From Vicinamibacteria bacterium (GTDB lineage Bacteria; Acidobacteriota; Vicinamibacteria; Marinacidobacterales; Marinacidobacteraceae), in contig OZ219816.1 in assembly GCA_964291235.2 (NCBI GenBank), positions 256,001-320,000 of the forward strand: a stretch of DNA of 64,000 bases. The letters run 5' to 3'. Shown here piece by piece: positions 47,527 through 57,220 of the stretch. The notes beneath the pieces were generated by a model that was given only the letters and a program-made list of their open reading frames with translations, was not told where the DNA came from and made no database searches. Position 1 is the stretch's first letter; every line of letters begins with the position of its first letter. The position numbers were made by a program, and so were the translations under genes.

Positions 47527-48908
47527 CAGGAGTCTCCTCCGCTGGGGGCCTCGAGCCGGCGGAGCGACCGATCGAGTCCCACCGCCCGGGAAGCCTTGAA
47601 AAGAACCAGGTCGCCCGGCTGGAGCACCCCCGCAACGAGCGCCGCCGCCTCCTCCGGATCGTCCGCGGCGAGCGTGTCCGATCCGAGCGACGCGGCTTCC
47701 TCGACCAGCGTTCGGCCGAGGGGGCCCACGCCCACGATCAGATCGAAGTGCAGTTCGCCCGCGAGTCGCCCGCAGGCCCGATGCATCGGCTCGGCGTCGT
47801 CGCCGAGTTCGAGCATGCCGCCCACCACCACGATGCGCCGGCCGGCGGGCAAGCCCGCGAACTCGCGCAGGACGGCGCGCAGCGCGCGGGGGCTCGCGTT
47901 GTACGTCTCGTCCAGCGCGACGGCTCCGCCCCGGAGGCGAACCCTCGTCCCGCGGCCCGGGAGCGGGGCGAGGTCCGCGACCCCGCGGGCGGCGGATTCG
48001 ATCGGCACGTCAACCACGGTCGCCGCGGCCAGGCCGGCGAGCACGTTCTCCGCGTTGTGACGGCCGGCGAGGCCGCACGACACCGATACGGCGGGACCAC
48101 CGAAAGCACTGACCTCGAAGGCCAGCCCGGAGGGACCGGCAGCGTAGCCGGAGCCCCGGACATCCACGCCTTCCGAAAAGCCGTAGGTCACGCGGCGCCC
48201 CGCGAAACGGTCCGCCTGGGCGCAAACGAGTTCGTCGTCGGCGTTGACGACCGCGGTGGCGCCGGCGGGCAAGGCCTCGAAGAGTTCCCCCTTGGCGGCG
48301 GCGATGGCGCCGAGCGACCCGAAGTACTCCAGGTGGGCCTCGGCGATGGTGGTCACGACGCCGCAGTCGGGGACCGCAATTTCCGTGAGCGTGCGGATCT
48401 CGCCCGCCGCCGACATCCCCAGTTCCACCACCCCCACTTCCTCGTCCTCGCGGGCGAGCAACGAGAGGGGCAGTCCCCACTGGTTGTTCAGGTTTCCCCG
48501 GGACCGAAAGACGGAACGGGCGGCGCCGATGGCGGCCGCCGCCGCTTCCTTGGTGGTTGTCTTGCCGAGACTTCCGGTGATCGCGACGATGCGGGCGCCG
48601 CTCTTCAACCGCTCGTCCCGCGCGAGGGCTCCGAGCGCCTGGGTCGGATCGGAGACCCGGATCAGGAAGCCTCCGGACTGCGCCTCCTCCCGAGCCCGGT
48701 ATCCGCTCTCGACGACCACTCCGGCGGCTCCCGCGCGAAACGCGTCGGACACGAAGGCGTGACCGTCATGCCGGGGACCCCGGATCGCGAAGAAGAGATC
48801 GCCCGGAGCAAGGGTGCGGGTGTCGATCGAAACCCCGGTAGCCCTTCCGGCCGCCCCTTCGAAGGCGCCCCCCATGGCCCGGGCCGCCTCCCGGCCGTCG
48901 AGTCTCAT
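47526..48908 (-). CDS. murF: UDP-MurNAc-tripeptide--D-Ala-D-Ala ligase
   Basis: TGSLGKTTTKE, NLNNQWGLP, ELGMS, DETYNASP, KASR. Confidence 0.95.
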   Translation of the reverse strand: MRLDGREAARAMGGAFEGAAGRATGVSIDTRTLAPGDLFFAIRGPRHDGHAFVSDAFRAGAAGVVVESGYRAREEAQSGGFLIRVSDPTQALGALARDERLKSGARIVAITGSLGKTTTKEAAAAAIGAARSVFRSRGNLNNQWGLPLSLLAREDEEVGVVELGMSAAGEIRTLTEIAVPDCGVVTTIAEAHLEYFGSLGAIAAAKGELFEALPAGATAVVNADDELVCAQADRFAGRRVTYGFSEGVDVRGSGYAAGPSGLAFEVSAFGGPAVSVSCGLAGRHNAENVLAGLAAATVVDVPIESAARGVADLAPLPGRGTRVRLRGGAVALDETYNASPRALRAVLREFAGLPAGRRIVVVGGMLELGDDAEPMHRACGRLAGELHFDLIVGVGPLGRTLVEEAASLGSDTLAADDPEEAAALVAGVLQPGDLVLFKASRAVGLDRSLRRLEAPSGGDS

Positions 48909-50506
48909 GAGAGGGAGATCCCCAGCGCGCCGGCAACAACCTGCCGGTCGTCGAAAGGAATCCGGTGGTTCCCGAGTTCCTGATACGTCTCGTGCCCCTT
49001 GCCGGCGACCAGGACCAGGTCGTCCGGCCCCGCCACGGCCACCGCGCTCTCGATGGCGCGCCGGCGGTCCGGCTCGGCCAGCACCTCGGCGCCAAGCGCC
49101 GGGTTCTCCGCGCCAGCCCGGATCTCGTCGATGATCGCGTCCGGCTCCTCCCCGCGCGGGTTGTCGGAGGTCAGGATCACCCGGTCCGCGAGCCTCGCGG
49201 CGGCATCTCCCATGAGCGCGCGCTTGTCGCGGTCGCGGTCTCCGCCGCAGCCGAAGACCACCAGCAGCCGGCCCTCGCCCACGAGGCAGCGGGCGGCCGC
49301 CAGCGCCCGTGCGAGCGCATCCGGCGTGTGTGCGTAGTCCACCAGGACGGCCGGCTCCCGGCCCCCTCGCCGCCGCTCCCGCGACAACCCGATCCGCTCC
49401 ATCCGGCCCGGTGGCGGAGAGATGGCGGAGAGGACCTCGGCGACCCGCGCCCCGTCGAATCCGAGCGCGGTGAGCGCCGTCCAGGCCGCCGCCAGGTTCA
49501 GGCCGCTGAAGTGCCCGAGCATCGGGCTCGAGAGTTCGTGACGTCCGCCAGGCCCCTCGAGCCGCACCCGGGTTCCGTCGAGGTCCGAGTGAATCGCCCC
49601 CAGCTGGACCGTGGCCCCGGAAGCGGCGCCGAAGGTCACCACGTTCACATCGGGGCGAAGCTTCGAAAGCTCGCCCGCGAGACGGACGCCGAAGGGATCG
49701 TCCCAGGACACCACCGCGGTCCCGCCGCGACGGAGCAAATCCGTGAAGAGCCCCCGTTTCGCGAGGAAGTAGTCGTCAAACCCACCGTGAAAGTCGAGGT
49801 GGTCCCGGGTGAGGTTCGTGAAGACCGCCACCTCGAAGACCGTGCCGCCGAGCCGCCCCTGCCGGAGGCCATGCGAGGAACACTCCACCGCTCCGGCGCG
49901 GCAGCCGGCGGCGAGCGCGTTCGCCAGCAGCTCCTGAAATTCGGGAGCCTCGCGGGTGGTAAGCCCGGAAACGACGGGACCGAGCGATCGGCCCCCGATG
50001 GACACCCGGTGCCCCACGGTCCCGCAGTAGAGGCTTCCCGCAGCCTCCCGCTGCAAGAACTCGTCGAGCAGCCACGCCACGGTGGTCTTCCCGTTGGTCC
50101 CCGTGACGCCGACGAGCCGCATCCGCTCCGACGGCCGGTCGTGGAACGCAGCCGCGACCGGGCCCGCGGCCCGGCGCGAATCGCGCACCCGGGCGAAGGG
50201 GATTCGAGGGGTCGGGGGCGCCGCTTCCACGAGGGTGGCGGCGGCCCCGGCGGCGGCGGCGGCGGTCACAAAGTCGTGGCCGTCGAAACGCTCCCCGCGC
50301 ACCGCGACGAAGAGACTTCCGGGTTCGACACGCCGGGAATCACAGGTGACTCCGCGGATCTCCCGGTCGCCGGCGCCAGCGGACAGTTCCGCTTCCACGC
50401 CGCCGAGGAGTTGCGAGAACCGGCGAGGCGGAGCGCCGGCTACCGGCACGGATGCGTCGGAAACCCCGGGATTCGATGGACGGCAGTCGGTTCCCTCGGC
50501 GTTCAT
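48905..50506 (-). CDS. murE: UDP-MurNAc-dipeptide--meso-DAP ligase
   Basis: TGTNGKTT, NLTRDHLDFH, DYAHTPD, GCGGDRD, DNPR (DAP-type), AGKGHE. Confidence 0.96.
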   Translation of the reverse strand: MNAEGTDCRPSNPGVSDASVPVAGAPPRRFSQLLGGVEAELSAGAGDREIRGVTCDSRRVEPGSLFVAVRGERFDGHDFVTAAAAAGAAATLVEAAPPTPRIPFARVRDSRRAAGPVAAAFHDRPSERMRLVGVTGTNGKTTVAWLLDEFLQREAAGSLYCGTVGHRVSIGGRSLGPVVSGLTTREAPEFQELLANALAAGCRAGAVECSSHGLRQGRLGGTVFEVAVFTNLTRDHLDFHGGFDDYFLAKRGLFTDLLRRGGTAVVSWDDPFGVRLAGELSKLRPDVNVVTFGAASGATVQLGAIHSDLDGTRVRLEGPGGRHELSSPMLGHFSGLNLAAAWTALTALGFDGARVAEVLSAISPPPGRMERIGLSRERRRGGREPAVLVDYAHTPDALARALAAARCLVGEGRLLVVFGCGGDRDRDKRALMGDAAARLADRVILTSDNPRGEEPDAIIDEIRAGAENPALGAEVLAEPDRRRAIESAVAVAGPDDLVLVAGKGHETYQELGNHRIPFDDRQVVAGALGISLS

Positions 50507-52725
50507 TCGGAGCGGCTCGGGTGGTTTCCCACCGACGTTTCTCCCTGGATTTCGGCGGCCTCCGCCGGGTCACCCGTTGACGGGGCACTCTCGACTTCGG
50601 CCGCCGCCTCCGATTCAGGGCCATTTCCGTCCGACGGACGCTCGGCGGCTTCCCCCTGGCGCGAATCCGACTCCGTCGGGAAAGCGGTCCCGGCCGCCGC
50701 GACCACGACGGTCTCCCGGGTGCGGGGTTCGGCGCGAGCTCCGTCTCGAAGTTGCGACGCGAGGAGATCACGCGCCGGGAGTTCCCGCTCCGCCGCCGGG
50801 CCACCCGGAGGAGCTGGCGCCAGCTGCCCGCTCCCGATCGCGGCGAGTTCCCGGCCGCCCCGGCCCGAACTGACCAGCCGTTCCGTCGCCCACCCGGTCC
50901 TCCGGTATCGCCAGAGCACGCGGTCGGCGATTCTCCCGAAGACCCGTGCGGCGCCTGCTCCGCTGTGGTTGGGCTTTTGGACATCGAGAATCACGACTCC
51001 GGTGAAGAGGGGATTGCGAGTCGGCGCGAAACCGGCGAACGAGGCGATGTAGTCGGTGGCCGAGTAGCCGCCCCGCTCCGCCTTCTGCGCGGTCCCGGTC
51101 TTTCCGGCAATCGAAAAGCCGTCCACCGACGCCGAGCCGCCGGTTCCGCGCTGGACCACCCCCGCGAGAAGCCGGCTCACCCGGGCCGCGGTCGTTTCGG
51201 TCACGACCCGACGACCGGGCGCCCGTGGCTGCGGTTCCCCGCCCACCTCGCGAATCAGGTGGAGGGGCCGGAATTCCCCGCCCGCGGCGATCGAGTTGAC
51301 ACCCTGAACCAGTTGCACCGGAGTCACCGCGATTCCCTGGCCGAAGGAGACCGTCGCCAACCGGATCGGCCGCCAGTTCCCTCCCCCCGGCACGATCCCG
51401 CGACTCTCGGCGCCCAGCGGCAACCCGGTGGGTTCGCCGAAACCGAAGGCATCCAGATACGTGCGAAGCGTCTGGGAGCCGAGGCGGGAGGCGACCTGAA
51501 GGATGCCGATGTTGGAGGAGCGTTCGATGACGCCGGCGAAGTTCAGGGGACCGAGCGGTTTCCAGTCGCGAACGATCCGCCGGCCGATGCGATAGCTGCC
51601 GTCGAAGGTGTCGAAGTCCTCCTCTTCGTCAGTCACCCCCTCCTCGAGAGCGGCCGCCGCGGTAAAGATCTTGAAGACGGACCCCGGTTCGTACGGATCC
51701 GTGATGCTCCGGTTGGCGAGTGTGGCCGCCGGTATCTGCCGCGCGCGATTTGGATCGAAGGTGGGCGCGCTGGCCATCGCCAGCACCTCACCGGTCTCCG
51801 GCTGCACCAGGATCACCGCCCCCGAAGTCGCGGAAAGCTCGGCCATGGCGATCTCGAGTTCCTCCTCAGCGACGGCCTGCAGATAGGAGTCGATCGTCAG
51901 CTCGATGTCGGCTCCCGGCCGTGACTCCCGGACCACGCGGCTTTCCCGGCCGGTCCGCCGGCCGTCGGTCCAGACGGTGCGCCGGCCCGGCTCTCCGTGG
52001 AGCACCTCATCGAGGGCGAACTCGATCCCGCCCAGGCCGTCGTTGTCGGCTCCCACGAAGCCGAGGACATGAGCCGCCAGGGGACCGCCCGGATAGAAGC
52101 GTCCGTATTCCTCGATCGTCCCCACCGGAAAACCGGTCTCCCGGGCGCACGCGACCTCATCCGCGGTGGCTTTCCGCTTCAGCCAGGAAAATTGGGAAGT
52201 CCGGCTCAGCCGGCGCGCAATCAGTTCCGCGGAGGTGTCGAGACACGCCGCCAGTCGTCCGGCCGCCGTCGGAATCACCCCCGGGGCATAGTCGGGCGGG
52301 ACCACGTACACCGAATCCACCCCGACGGTCAGCGCCAGCGGTCTTCCGTGGCGATCGTAGATCCGTCCCCGAAACGGCGGGATCGTGAGCTCGTGATGGT
52401 GCTGGCGATCCGCACGGCGCACCATGGTCTCGTGGTCGAGAACCTGGATCTGGACCAGTTGCCCCAGGATCAGGGCCGCCCAGACTCCCATCAGGACCGC
52501 TCCCACGATCGAACGGCGCCGGAGTTCCGCTCCCCCTCCGCTGCCCGAGGATCCGGCGCCGCCCGGCGCCCGGGGAGTCTCGGCAGCAGCCGGCGGCGCG
52601 GGTTCGGGCCGGCGCCTTGGCCTGCGGGCCGGCCTCCGGGCCGCCGATTTGGGGAGCGGCGCGGGCAGATCCGGGAAAAGGCTGTTGGGGGGGCGCGATC
52701 CCGGGTTCTCGCGGGACGGGCTCAT
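50503..52725 (-). CDS. ftsI: Class B penicillin-binding protein FtsI/PBP3
   Basis: RGRIYDR, EPGSVFK (SxxK), SSN, GKTGTAQ; low-complexity termini. Confidence 0.93.
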   Translation of the reverse strand: MSPSRENPGSRPPNSLFPDLPAPLPKSAARRPARRPRRRPEPAPPAAAETPRAPGGAGSSGSGGGAELRRRSIVGAVLMGVWAALILGQLVQIQVLDHETMVRRADRQHHHELTIPPFRGRIYDRHGRPLALTVGVDSVYVVPPDYAPGVIPTAAGRLAACLDTSAELIARRLSRTSQFSWLKRKATADEVACARETGFPVGTIEEYGRFYPGGPLAAHVLGFVGADNDGLGGIEFALDEVLHGEPGRRTVWTDGRRTGRESRVVRESRPGADIELTIDSYLQAVAEEELEIAMAELSATSGAVILVQPETGEVLAMASAPTFDPNRARQIPAATLANRSITDPYEPGSVFKIFTAAAALEEGVTDEEEDFDTFDGSYRIGRRIVRDWKPLGPLNFAGVIERSSNIGILQVASRLGSQTLRTYLDAFGFGEPTGLPLGAESRGIVPGGGNWRPIRLATVSFGQGIAVTPVQLVQGVNSIAAGGEFRPLHLIREVGGEPQPRAPGRRVVTETTAARVSRLLAGVVQRGTGGSASVDGFSIAGKTGTAQKAERGGYSATDYIASFAGFAPTRNPLFTGVVILDVQKPNHSGAGAARVFGRIADRVLWRYRRTGWATERLVSSGRGGRELAAIGSGQLAPAPPGGPAAERELPARDLLASQLRDGARAEPRTRETVVVAAAGTAFPTESDSRQGEAAERPSDGNGPESEAAAEVESAPSTGDPAEAAEIQGETSVGNHPSRSE

Positions 52726-53108
52726 CGCGCCTCCGAGTTGCCCGGATCCAGCAGGATCCCGGCCGGAGCCTCAGGAGTCTCGAGAATTACCCGTTCCCCG
52801 GCAGGTTCCAATCCGTGGGTTTCGCGGGCCAGCCGCTCGACGGAACGCGGATCGGTGAGTTCGCTCAACTCGAGCCGGTAGCGCTCGATGTCCTTTTCGA
52901 GTCGTTCCCGCTCCAGCCGAAGTTCTTCCACCCGGTAGCCGAGCCGAATTGCTTCGAGGTGGGGCCAGGTGGCGGCGACCGCGGCCACCAGGGCGAAGAT
53001 GCCGATCGCCAGATAGAGGAGCAACTGCGCGTAACGCCGGCGGTCGAGCTTGCGGTGCAGCCACTGGTTGTCCGGACGGTAGGTCACCTCGAAGCGCTCG
53101 GGCGTCAT
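52722..53108 (-). CDS. ftsL: Cell division protein FtsL
   Basis: TM followed by a leucine-zipper coiled coil; lies between rsmH and ftsI. Confidence 0.85.
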   Translation of the reverse strand: MTPERFEVTYRPDNQWLHRKLDRRRYAQLLLYLAIGIFALVAAVAATWPHLEAIRLGYRVEELRLERERLEKDIERYRLELSELTDPRSVERLARETHGLEPAGERVILETPEAPAGILLDPGNSEAR

Positions 53109-54037
53109 CGTCGATCTCCGTGGGAATCGACCGTCTCGGCCTCGCCCGTTTCGATGCGGCGGAGAATGCGCAGACAGGCGCTCCTCGACCGGGGATTGGC
53201 GCCTCGTTCGTCCTCATCGGCGCGAATGGGCTTCTTCGTCCCCAGCTCGAAACCGGCCTGCGTGGCGAGCCGCCGAAAAGTGTGCTTGACGGGGCGGTCC
53301 TCTCCGGAGTGGTACGAGATCACCACCAGCACGCCCCGGTCCCCGAGCCGTCCGGGGGCCTGATGCAACGCGGTCGCCAGAACCTGCGGTTCGCGATTGA
53401 CCGCGGAGCGGACCGCGAGGAACGTCCGGGTTGCGGGATCGATGCGTCCCCGCCGGGGACCGACCGCCGCGATCACGGCGGCGCGGAGATCACCGGTCGT
53501 CCGGAGCGGCCGGCGCGCTGCAATGCGTCGCGCAATCGCGCGGGAGCGCCGCTCCCCGATCTCAAACAGCAGGTCGGCGATCTCGCGCTCGTCGAGCCGA
53601 TCGAGCAGCTCGGCCGCGGTCTCCCCCGCGCCCGGATCGAATCGCATGTCGAGCGGGCCGTCGTGACGCAGCGCAAACCCGCGTTCGGGCGTCTCGAGTT
53701 GGGGACTGGAGAGACCGAGGTCGAGCAGGATCCCGTCAACCCGGTCCCAGCCCACCCGGTCGAGAGCCGAGTCGAGTTCGGAAAAATCTGCCGCCAGGAA
53801 CCGGAAACGGGGCTCCCGGCCGGCCAGCGCCGCCGCGGCGGCCGCCGCTTCCGGATCCTTGTCGAGACCAAGCACCCGGGCGCCCGGGGCGGCCTCCAGG
53901 ATCGCCCGCGTGTGTCCACCGCGCCCGAAGGTCGCGTCGAGGTAACGACCGCCCGAGCGGGGAGCCAGCCAGCGGACCACCGTGTCCCGCAGCACCGGCA
54001 CGTGCGCCGGTGGTTCCGGGGTATCGCGCGCGCTCAT
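53105..54037 (-). CDS. rsmH: 16S rRNA m4C1402 methyltransferase
   Basis: HVPVL, DATFGRGGH, DLGLSS.QL, PLDMR, ISYHSGED, NPRSRSA. Confidence 0.96.
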   Translation of the reverse strand: MSARDTPEPPAHVPVLRDTVVRWLAPRSGGRYLDATFGRGGHTRAILEAAPGARVLGLDKDPEAAAAAAALAGREPRFRFLAADFSELDSALDRVGWDRVDGILLDLGLSSPQLETPERGFALRHDGPLDMRFDPGAGETAAELLDRLDEREIADLLFEIGERRSRAIARRIAARRPLRTTGDLRAAVIAAVGPRRGRIDPATRTFLAVRSAVNREPQVLATALHQAPGRLGDRGVLVVISYHSGEDRPVKHTFRRLATQAGFELGTKKPIRADEDERGANPRSRSACLRILRRIETGEAETVDSHGDRR

Positions 54038-54147
54038 CTCAGGCCGGAGCCGAAAAGGGAAACCGGACCGGCGGGACGACAGCGGGAACTGGGCCGGCGC
54101 CGGAGGGGCGCGTTGAACCTCCTGGAGAAACATGATCGGCTTCGAGA

Positions 54148-54585
54148 TCAGCCTCCCCTTGGAAAAACATACGTAAGGTCCTCGTCGGTGACGCGGTTTT
54201 CCTCGATTTGCGAGAACAACGTCGCGTGATTCCACACTTCGAGACGCCGCTCCAATCCAAGGACATCGACCTTGCCGACGAGATTCGCGTCCGTCCGGAG
54301 GTTCTGCGGTAGCAGGAGCCGGTTCTGGGCATCCAGTTCCGCCTGTTGTCCGTAGGCGCTCGTGGCGCGCGTGAACCTCAGGCGCGAGGGATGGAGCGCC
54401 CCCAGATCGTGGACGCGAGACTCGATTTCCTCCCAGACGCTGATCGGATAGATGGAGGCTGATCCGCCGTCGAGGCTGGTGATGTAAACCTGCGTGCCGA
54501 ACTGCTTCAGCAATTCAAGGAAACCGGCCGGAACCTTCAGTCTTCCCTTGGCATCCACAGTGGCGGGGTGATTGCCGCGAAACAC
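54148..54585 (-). CDS. mraZ: dcw cluster repressor MraZ
   Basis: MFRG..VDAKGRL and LDAQNRLLLP (two DxxxR motifs), LEVW. Confidence 0.93.
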   Translation of the reverse strand: MFRGNHPATVDAKGRLKVPAGFLELLKQFGTQVYITSLDGGSASIYPISVWEEIESRVHDLGALHPSRLRFTRATSAYGQQAELDAQNRLLLPQNLRTDANLVGKVDVLGLERRLEVWNHATLFSQIEENRVTDEDLTYVFPRGG

Positions 54586-54685
54586 GAGATCTGAGGGGGC
54601 TGGGTGGGAGGTTCGGCCTGCTCCCTGCCCACTTCGGAACCCGGTACTGGATGCGATCGCTGAATGAGAAGGGAGGTGGGCCTAT

Positions 54686-54725
54686 TTCTACCACTTTCAG
54701 CCACAAATTTCTACCAGAAGACCAC
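54686..54725 (-). promoter_or_regulatory. Proximal MraZ-box-like repeats
   Basis: Minus strand GTGGCTGAAA GTGGTAGAAA (10-bp period) about 100 bp upstream of mraZ, plus further TGG/GTGG copies. Confidence 0.6.
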
Positions 54726-54732
54726 TCGCGCT

Positions 54733-54805
54733 GGAGCGCCGGCCAGGAACCCCCACCGGGAGAACTGGGCCGGCCTCCGGCCGGCATCGCGGCCGCAGGC
54801 CGCGA
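54733..54805 (+). repeat. REP-like element family B copy
   Basis: CCCCCACCGGGAGAACTGGGCCGGCCTCCGGCCGGCATCGCGGCCGCAGGCCGCG matches ~26883-26940. Confidence 0.85.
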
Positions 54806-55308
54806 AACTCCCGCGCCGCCATCGTCGACGACATGGTCCGGCAGATGGTGGAACGCATCACCTCGCCCCGCGCGCTGACCACCGAGGAGTTGGGCGTGCC
54901 GGATCCCCTAGACAGGGGTCCAAACAGCGCGAGGGCGCGGAGTGGATCGTCCTGAATGTGGTGTTGGCGGGTCCCGGGAACACGCTGCCCATGGATGAGA
55001 CTGCCGAGAACTACATGGCGATCAGGAGGGGCTGGCTCACCAGACGCGGGATAAGCGACGACTGCGCTTTGATCATGTTCGATGGCAGGGCGATGTCCCC
55101 GCCGCTACCGGAGATCAGCGCGATCATGGTGGACCGCCGTCGTCGCGACCGGGAGGCCGGCCGTGTCTATGCCTTGTCGGTCACTGGCAGCCTAGTCGTG
55201 AGGCGAGCAGGCTGGGAAAGGGGACGGTGGCTGCTGATGACCGAGAACTCCGACTCTTCGGCAGATTGGCCGGACGGTGCGATCATCCTCGGCGAAGTTC
55301 GGTTCTGA
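54806..55308 (+). pseudogene. S24/LexA-like (phage CI C-terminal) peptidase remnant without HTH, catalytic residues replaced
   Basis: GRAMSP (canonical GxSMxP), LVVRR (canonical VKR), LLMTEN, IILGEV. Confidence 0.6.
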
Positions 55309-55383
55309 GCTCACTCGACGCTCGCGGAACAGGAAGCGAGCATCGTCGGCGGTTAGGACCACCTGGAAGGAGGACCAGGCAAG

Positions 55384-55749
55384 ATGAAATTGAAGCACTG
55401 CGCGCTGGCCGCCTTGCTCTTCGTCGTGCCCGCCGCGTGTGGCCCTGAGACCCGAGTGACCTCCGAGGAGTTCCAGGCGGGGGACCGGCCGCTGACGGTT
55501 GACGGAGGCTCGCTACGGTGCGAGCGGCGCGGGTCCGTAGTCCTTCCCGTGTTCCGGCCGGACGGCCGCGACGCCGAGTTCTCGTTCAGGATGCACTCCC
55601 AGGACTACCCGGATCTCTTCGCGCCGACTTCCCCTCTGTGGGCGTGGGACACCGAGCAGCGGGACGCCGCGGGCGAACCGATCGGCCGGATCTCGTATCT
55701 GCCGTTCGCCGAGTGGGCCGAGGCGATCTGCGGCCCTAGGCTCCAGTAA
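55384..55749 (+). CDS. Lipoprotein, YebY/DUF2511-like
   Basis: AGGAGG SD; lipobox-like PAAC; PLTVDGGSLRCE and LWAWD resemble DUF2511. Confidence 0.6.
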   Translation: MKLKHCALAALLFVVPAACGPETRVTSEEFQAGDRPLTVDGGSLRCERRGSVVLPVFRPDGRDAEFSFRMHSQDYPDLFAPTSPLWAWDTEQRDAAGEPIGRISYLPFAEWAEAICGPRLQ

Positions 55750-55856
55750 AGGGACGGCCGCGGGTCGATTCCGGACTGAGACCCCGCCGGGTAGTGGTCA
55801 AGCTTGCCTGAGTGCAAGTCGTACCGCCTGGCGACCTACCGGAACCGAGGCGGCGG

Positions 55857-56051
55857 TTAGCCTTCTGTCGAGAGGACTCTCAAGCCTTGCCACGCAATCG
55901 CCGCGCCTGCTCCACCTGTCGTAGAGGCAGCGACGAGACACTGCCACGGCCCCTGTGTTGCGAGCACGATTAGGGTAGCCAGATAAGCAAGTCCGAGCAC
56001 AAAATTCAAGCTGTATCTGACGATAAGAACGCAGGCCCGTCGCCGCTTCAT
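55857..56051 (-). CDS. Small hypothetical membrane protein
   Basis: 64 aa, hydrophobic, starts 2 nt after the upstream stop. Confidence 0.45.
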   Translation of the reverse strand: MKRRRACVLIVRYSLNFVLGLAYLATLIVLATQGPWQCLVAASTTGGAGAAIAWQGLRVLSTEG

Positions 56052-56053
56052 TT

Positions 56054-56443
56054 CTAGGCGTCGTCGGAGTCATCTCCAGGGACGAGCCACTCGGCCAAAC
56101 GGTCGATTGGAGTGCCCTTTCTTAGTCTCTCCGGAGGCCAGACAAAGGGCGCCAGCGCGACCTCTGAAATCAGAACGGCAGCCTGCTCCACAATCCCAAC
56201 TGCGGGATTTCTGCGTGGCATGGCCGGACCAATGAGGAAGGATGCCGTAGCCCTCTCCTGGAAAACCGAAGTAGACCCCACCGGAAGGTCAGGCGGAACG
56301 ACAGGGTCAAAGCTCTTTTCAACCAAGACATAGGCAGTGGTTTTTTGCTCACCTGCAACCGGCGGGGGTGGTGCCGAGCCTCCGGCGAGAGAGGACGCCA
56401 CAGCCACCGAAAGGAAGAATGTGCTCCCTTGCGATTTGCTCAT
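56054..56443 (-). CDS. Hypothetical protein
   Basis: 129 aa; ATGA overlap with the DUF3467-like gene. Confidence 0.5.
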   Translation of the reverse strand: MSKSQGSTFFLSVAVASSLAGGSAPPPPVAGEQKTTAYVLVEKSFDPVVPPDLPVGSTSVFQERATASFLIGPAMPRRNPAVGIVEQAAVLISEVALAPFVWPPERLRKGTPIDRLAEWLVPGDDSDDA

Positions 56444-56826
56444 TGTTGCCGACTTTCCACCTGTGTTGGGGTCTCTGACTGCGCTGGGATTTCAACTGGG
56501 GCACACGGAGGCAAGCCCACCTGCGCCCGGAGTCCTTCCCGATTCGCGACATTCTGTAACAGAATCTCGATAAGCGATTTCATCTCGTCTGGAGCGAAGT
56601 AGAGCCGGGCCACGGTTTGCACCTTGAATTGCTTTCCCTTCCTCCCTCCGGATGACTCCCTAAAGGGAGGCGAAACCATCCCTAGGTTAATCAGGTGTCC
56701 CCGTGCATTCGTGTGAGCTAAGACTGCGTTGCAGGGCTGAACGGGGACATCATCCTTCCCCGGCCAGTCCATGTCCATCACATTGATCTCACCAACGCCC
56801 TCTTTCGAATTGGATTTCGCGCTCAC
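56440..56826 (-). CDS. DUF3467-like protein
   Basis: PCNAVLAH..LINLGMVSPP..VARLYFAPDEMKSLIEILLQNV resembles the DUF3467 pattern. Confidence 0.6.
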   Translation of the reverse strand: MSAKSNSKEGVGEINVMDMDWPGKDDVPVQPCNAVLAHTNARGHLINLGMVSPPFRESSGGRKGKQFKVQTVARLYFAPDEMKSLIEILLQNVANREGLRAQVGLPPCAPVEIPAQSETPTQVESRQQ

Positions 56827-57220
56827 AAGTTGACGCTAACAGCCCACGAATTCCCTGTCAATCAGGGAATGCTTGCCGAACTCCCCCAGTTTTCAGAAAA
56901 CTGAGACACGCCCCCCGCCGAGTCTCTTGACAGCGACGCGCTGCGTCGTGTACGGGATCGGCTTCCGATAATGGATCGCGCGTCCATAATTCGGTCAACT
57001 GTGAGCGGGTTCGACTAAATCCGCCCGCTAAACCATTGAGTTTCCTGGCGATTCCACGCCTCACGGCCTGCCAGCCCAACTGTCCGCCCACGTCAGGGCT
57101 ATTGTCCGAGCGCGCCACGTGTATGTCCGGCTGCGCCACACCAAGTGTCCCGCACCGCGCGCGGCACGCCCCCCAGGCCGAGCCGGCGCCCGGGGCCTAA
57201 CCCTTTAACTAATGCGCGCT

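Noticed and set aside
57003-57030. tRNA-like T-arm / attachment site GCGGGTTCGACT..CCCGC
   Set aside because: No cloverleaf, wrong loop size and no matching repeat at the other island end.
54806-57140. Intact prophage or IS element
   Set aside because: No integrase, transposase or structural genes and no terminal repeats found; at most a remnant.
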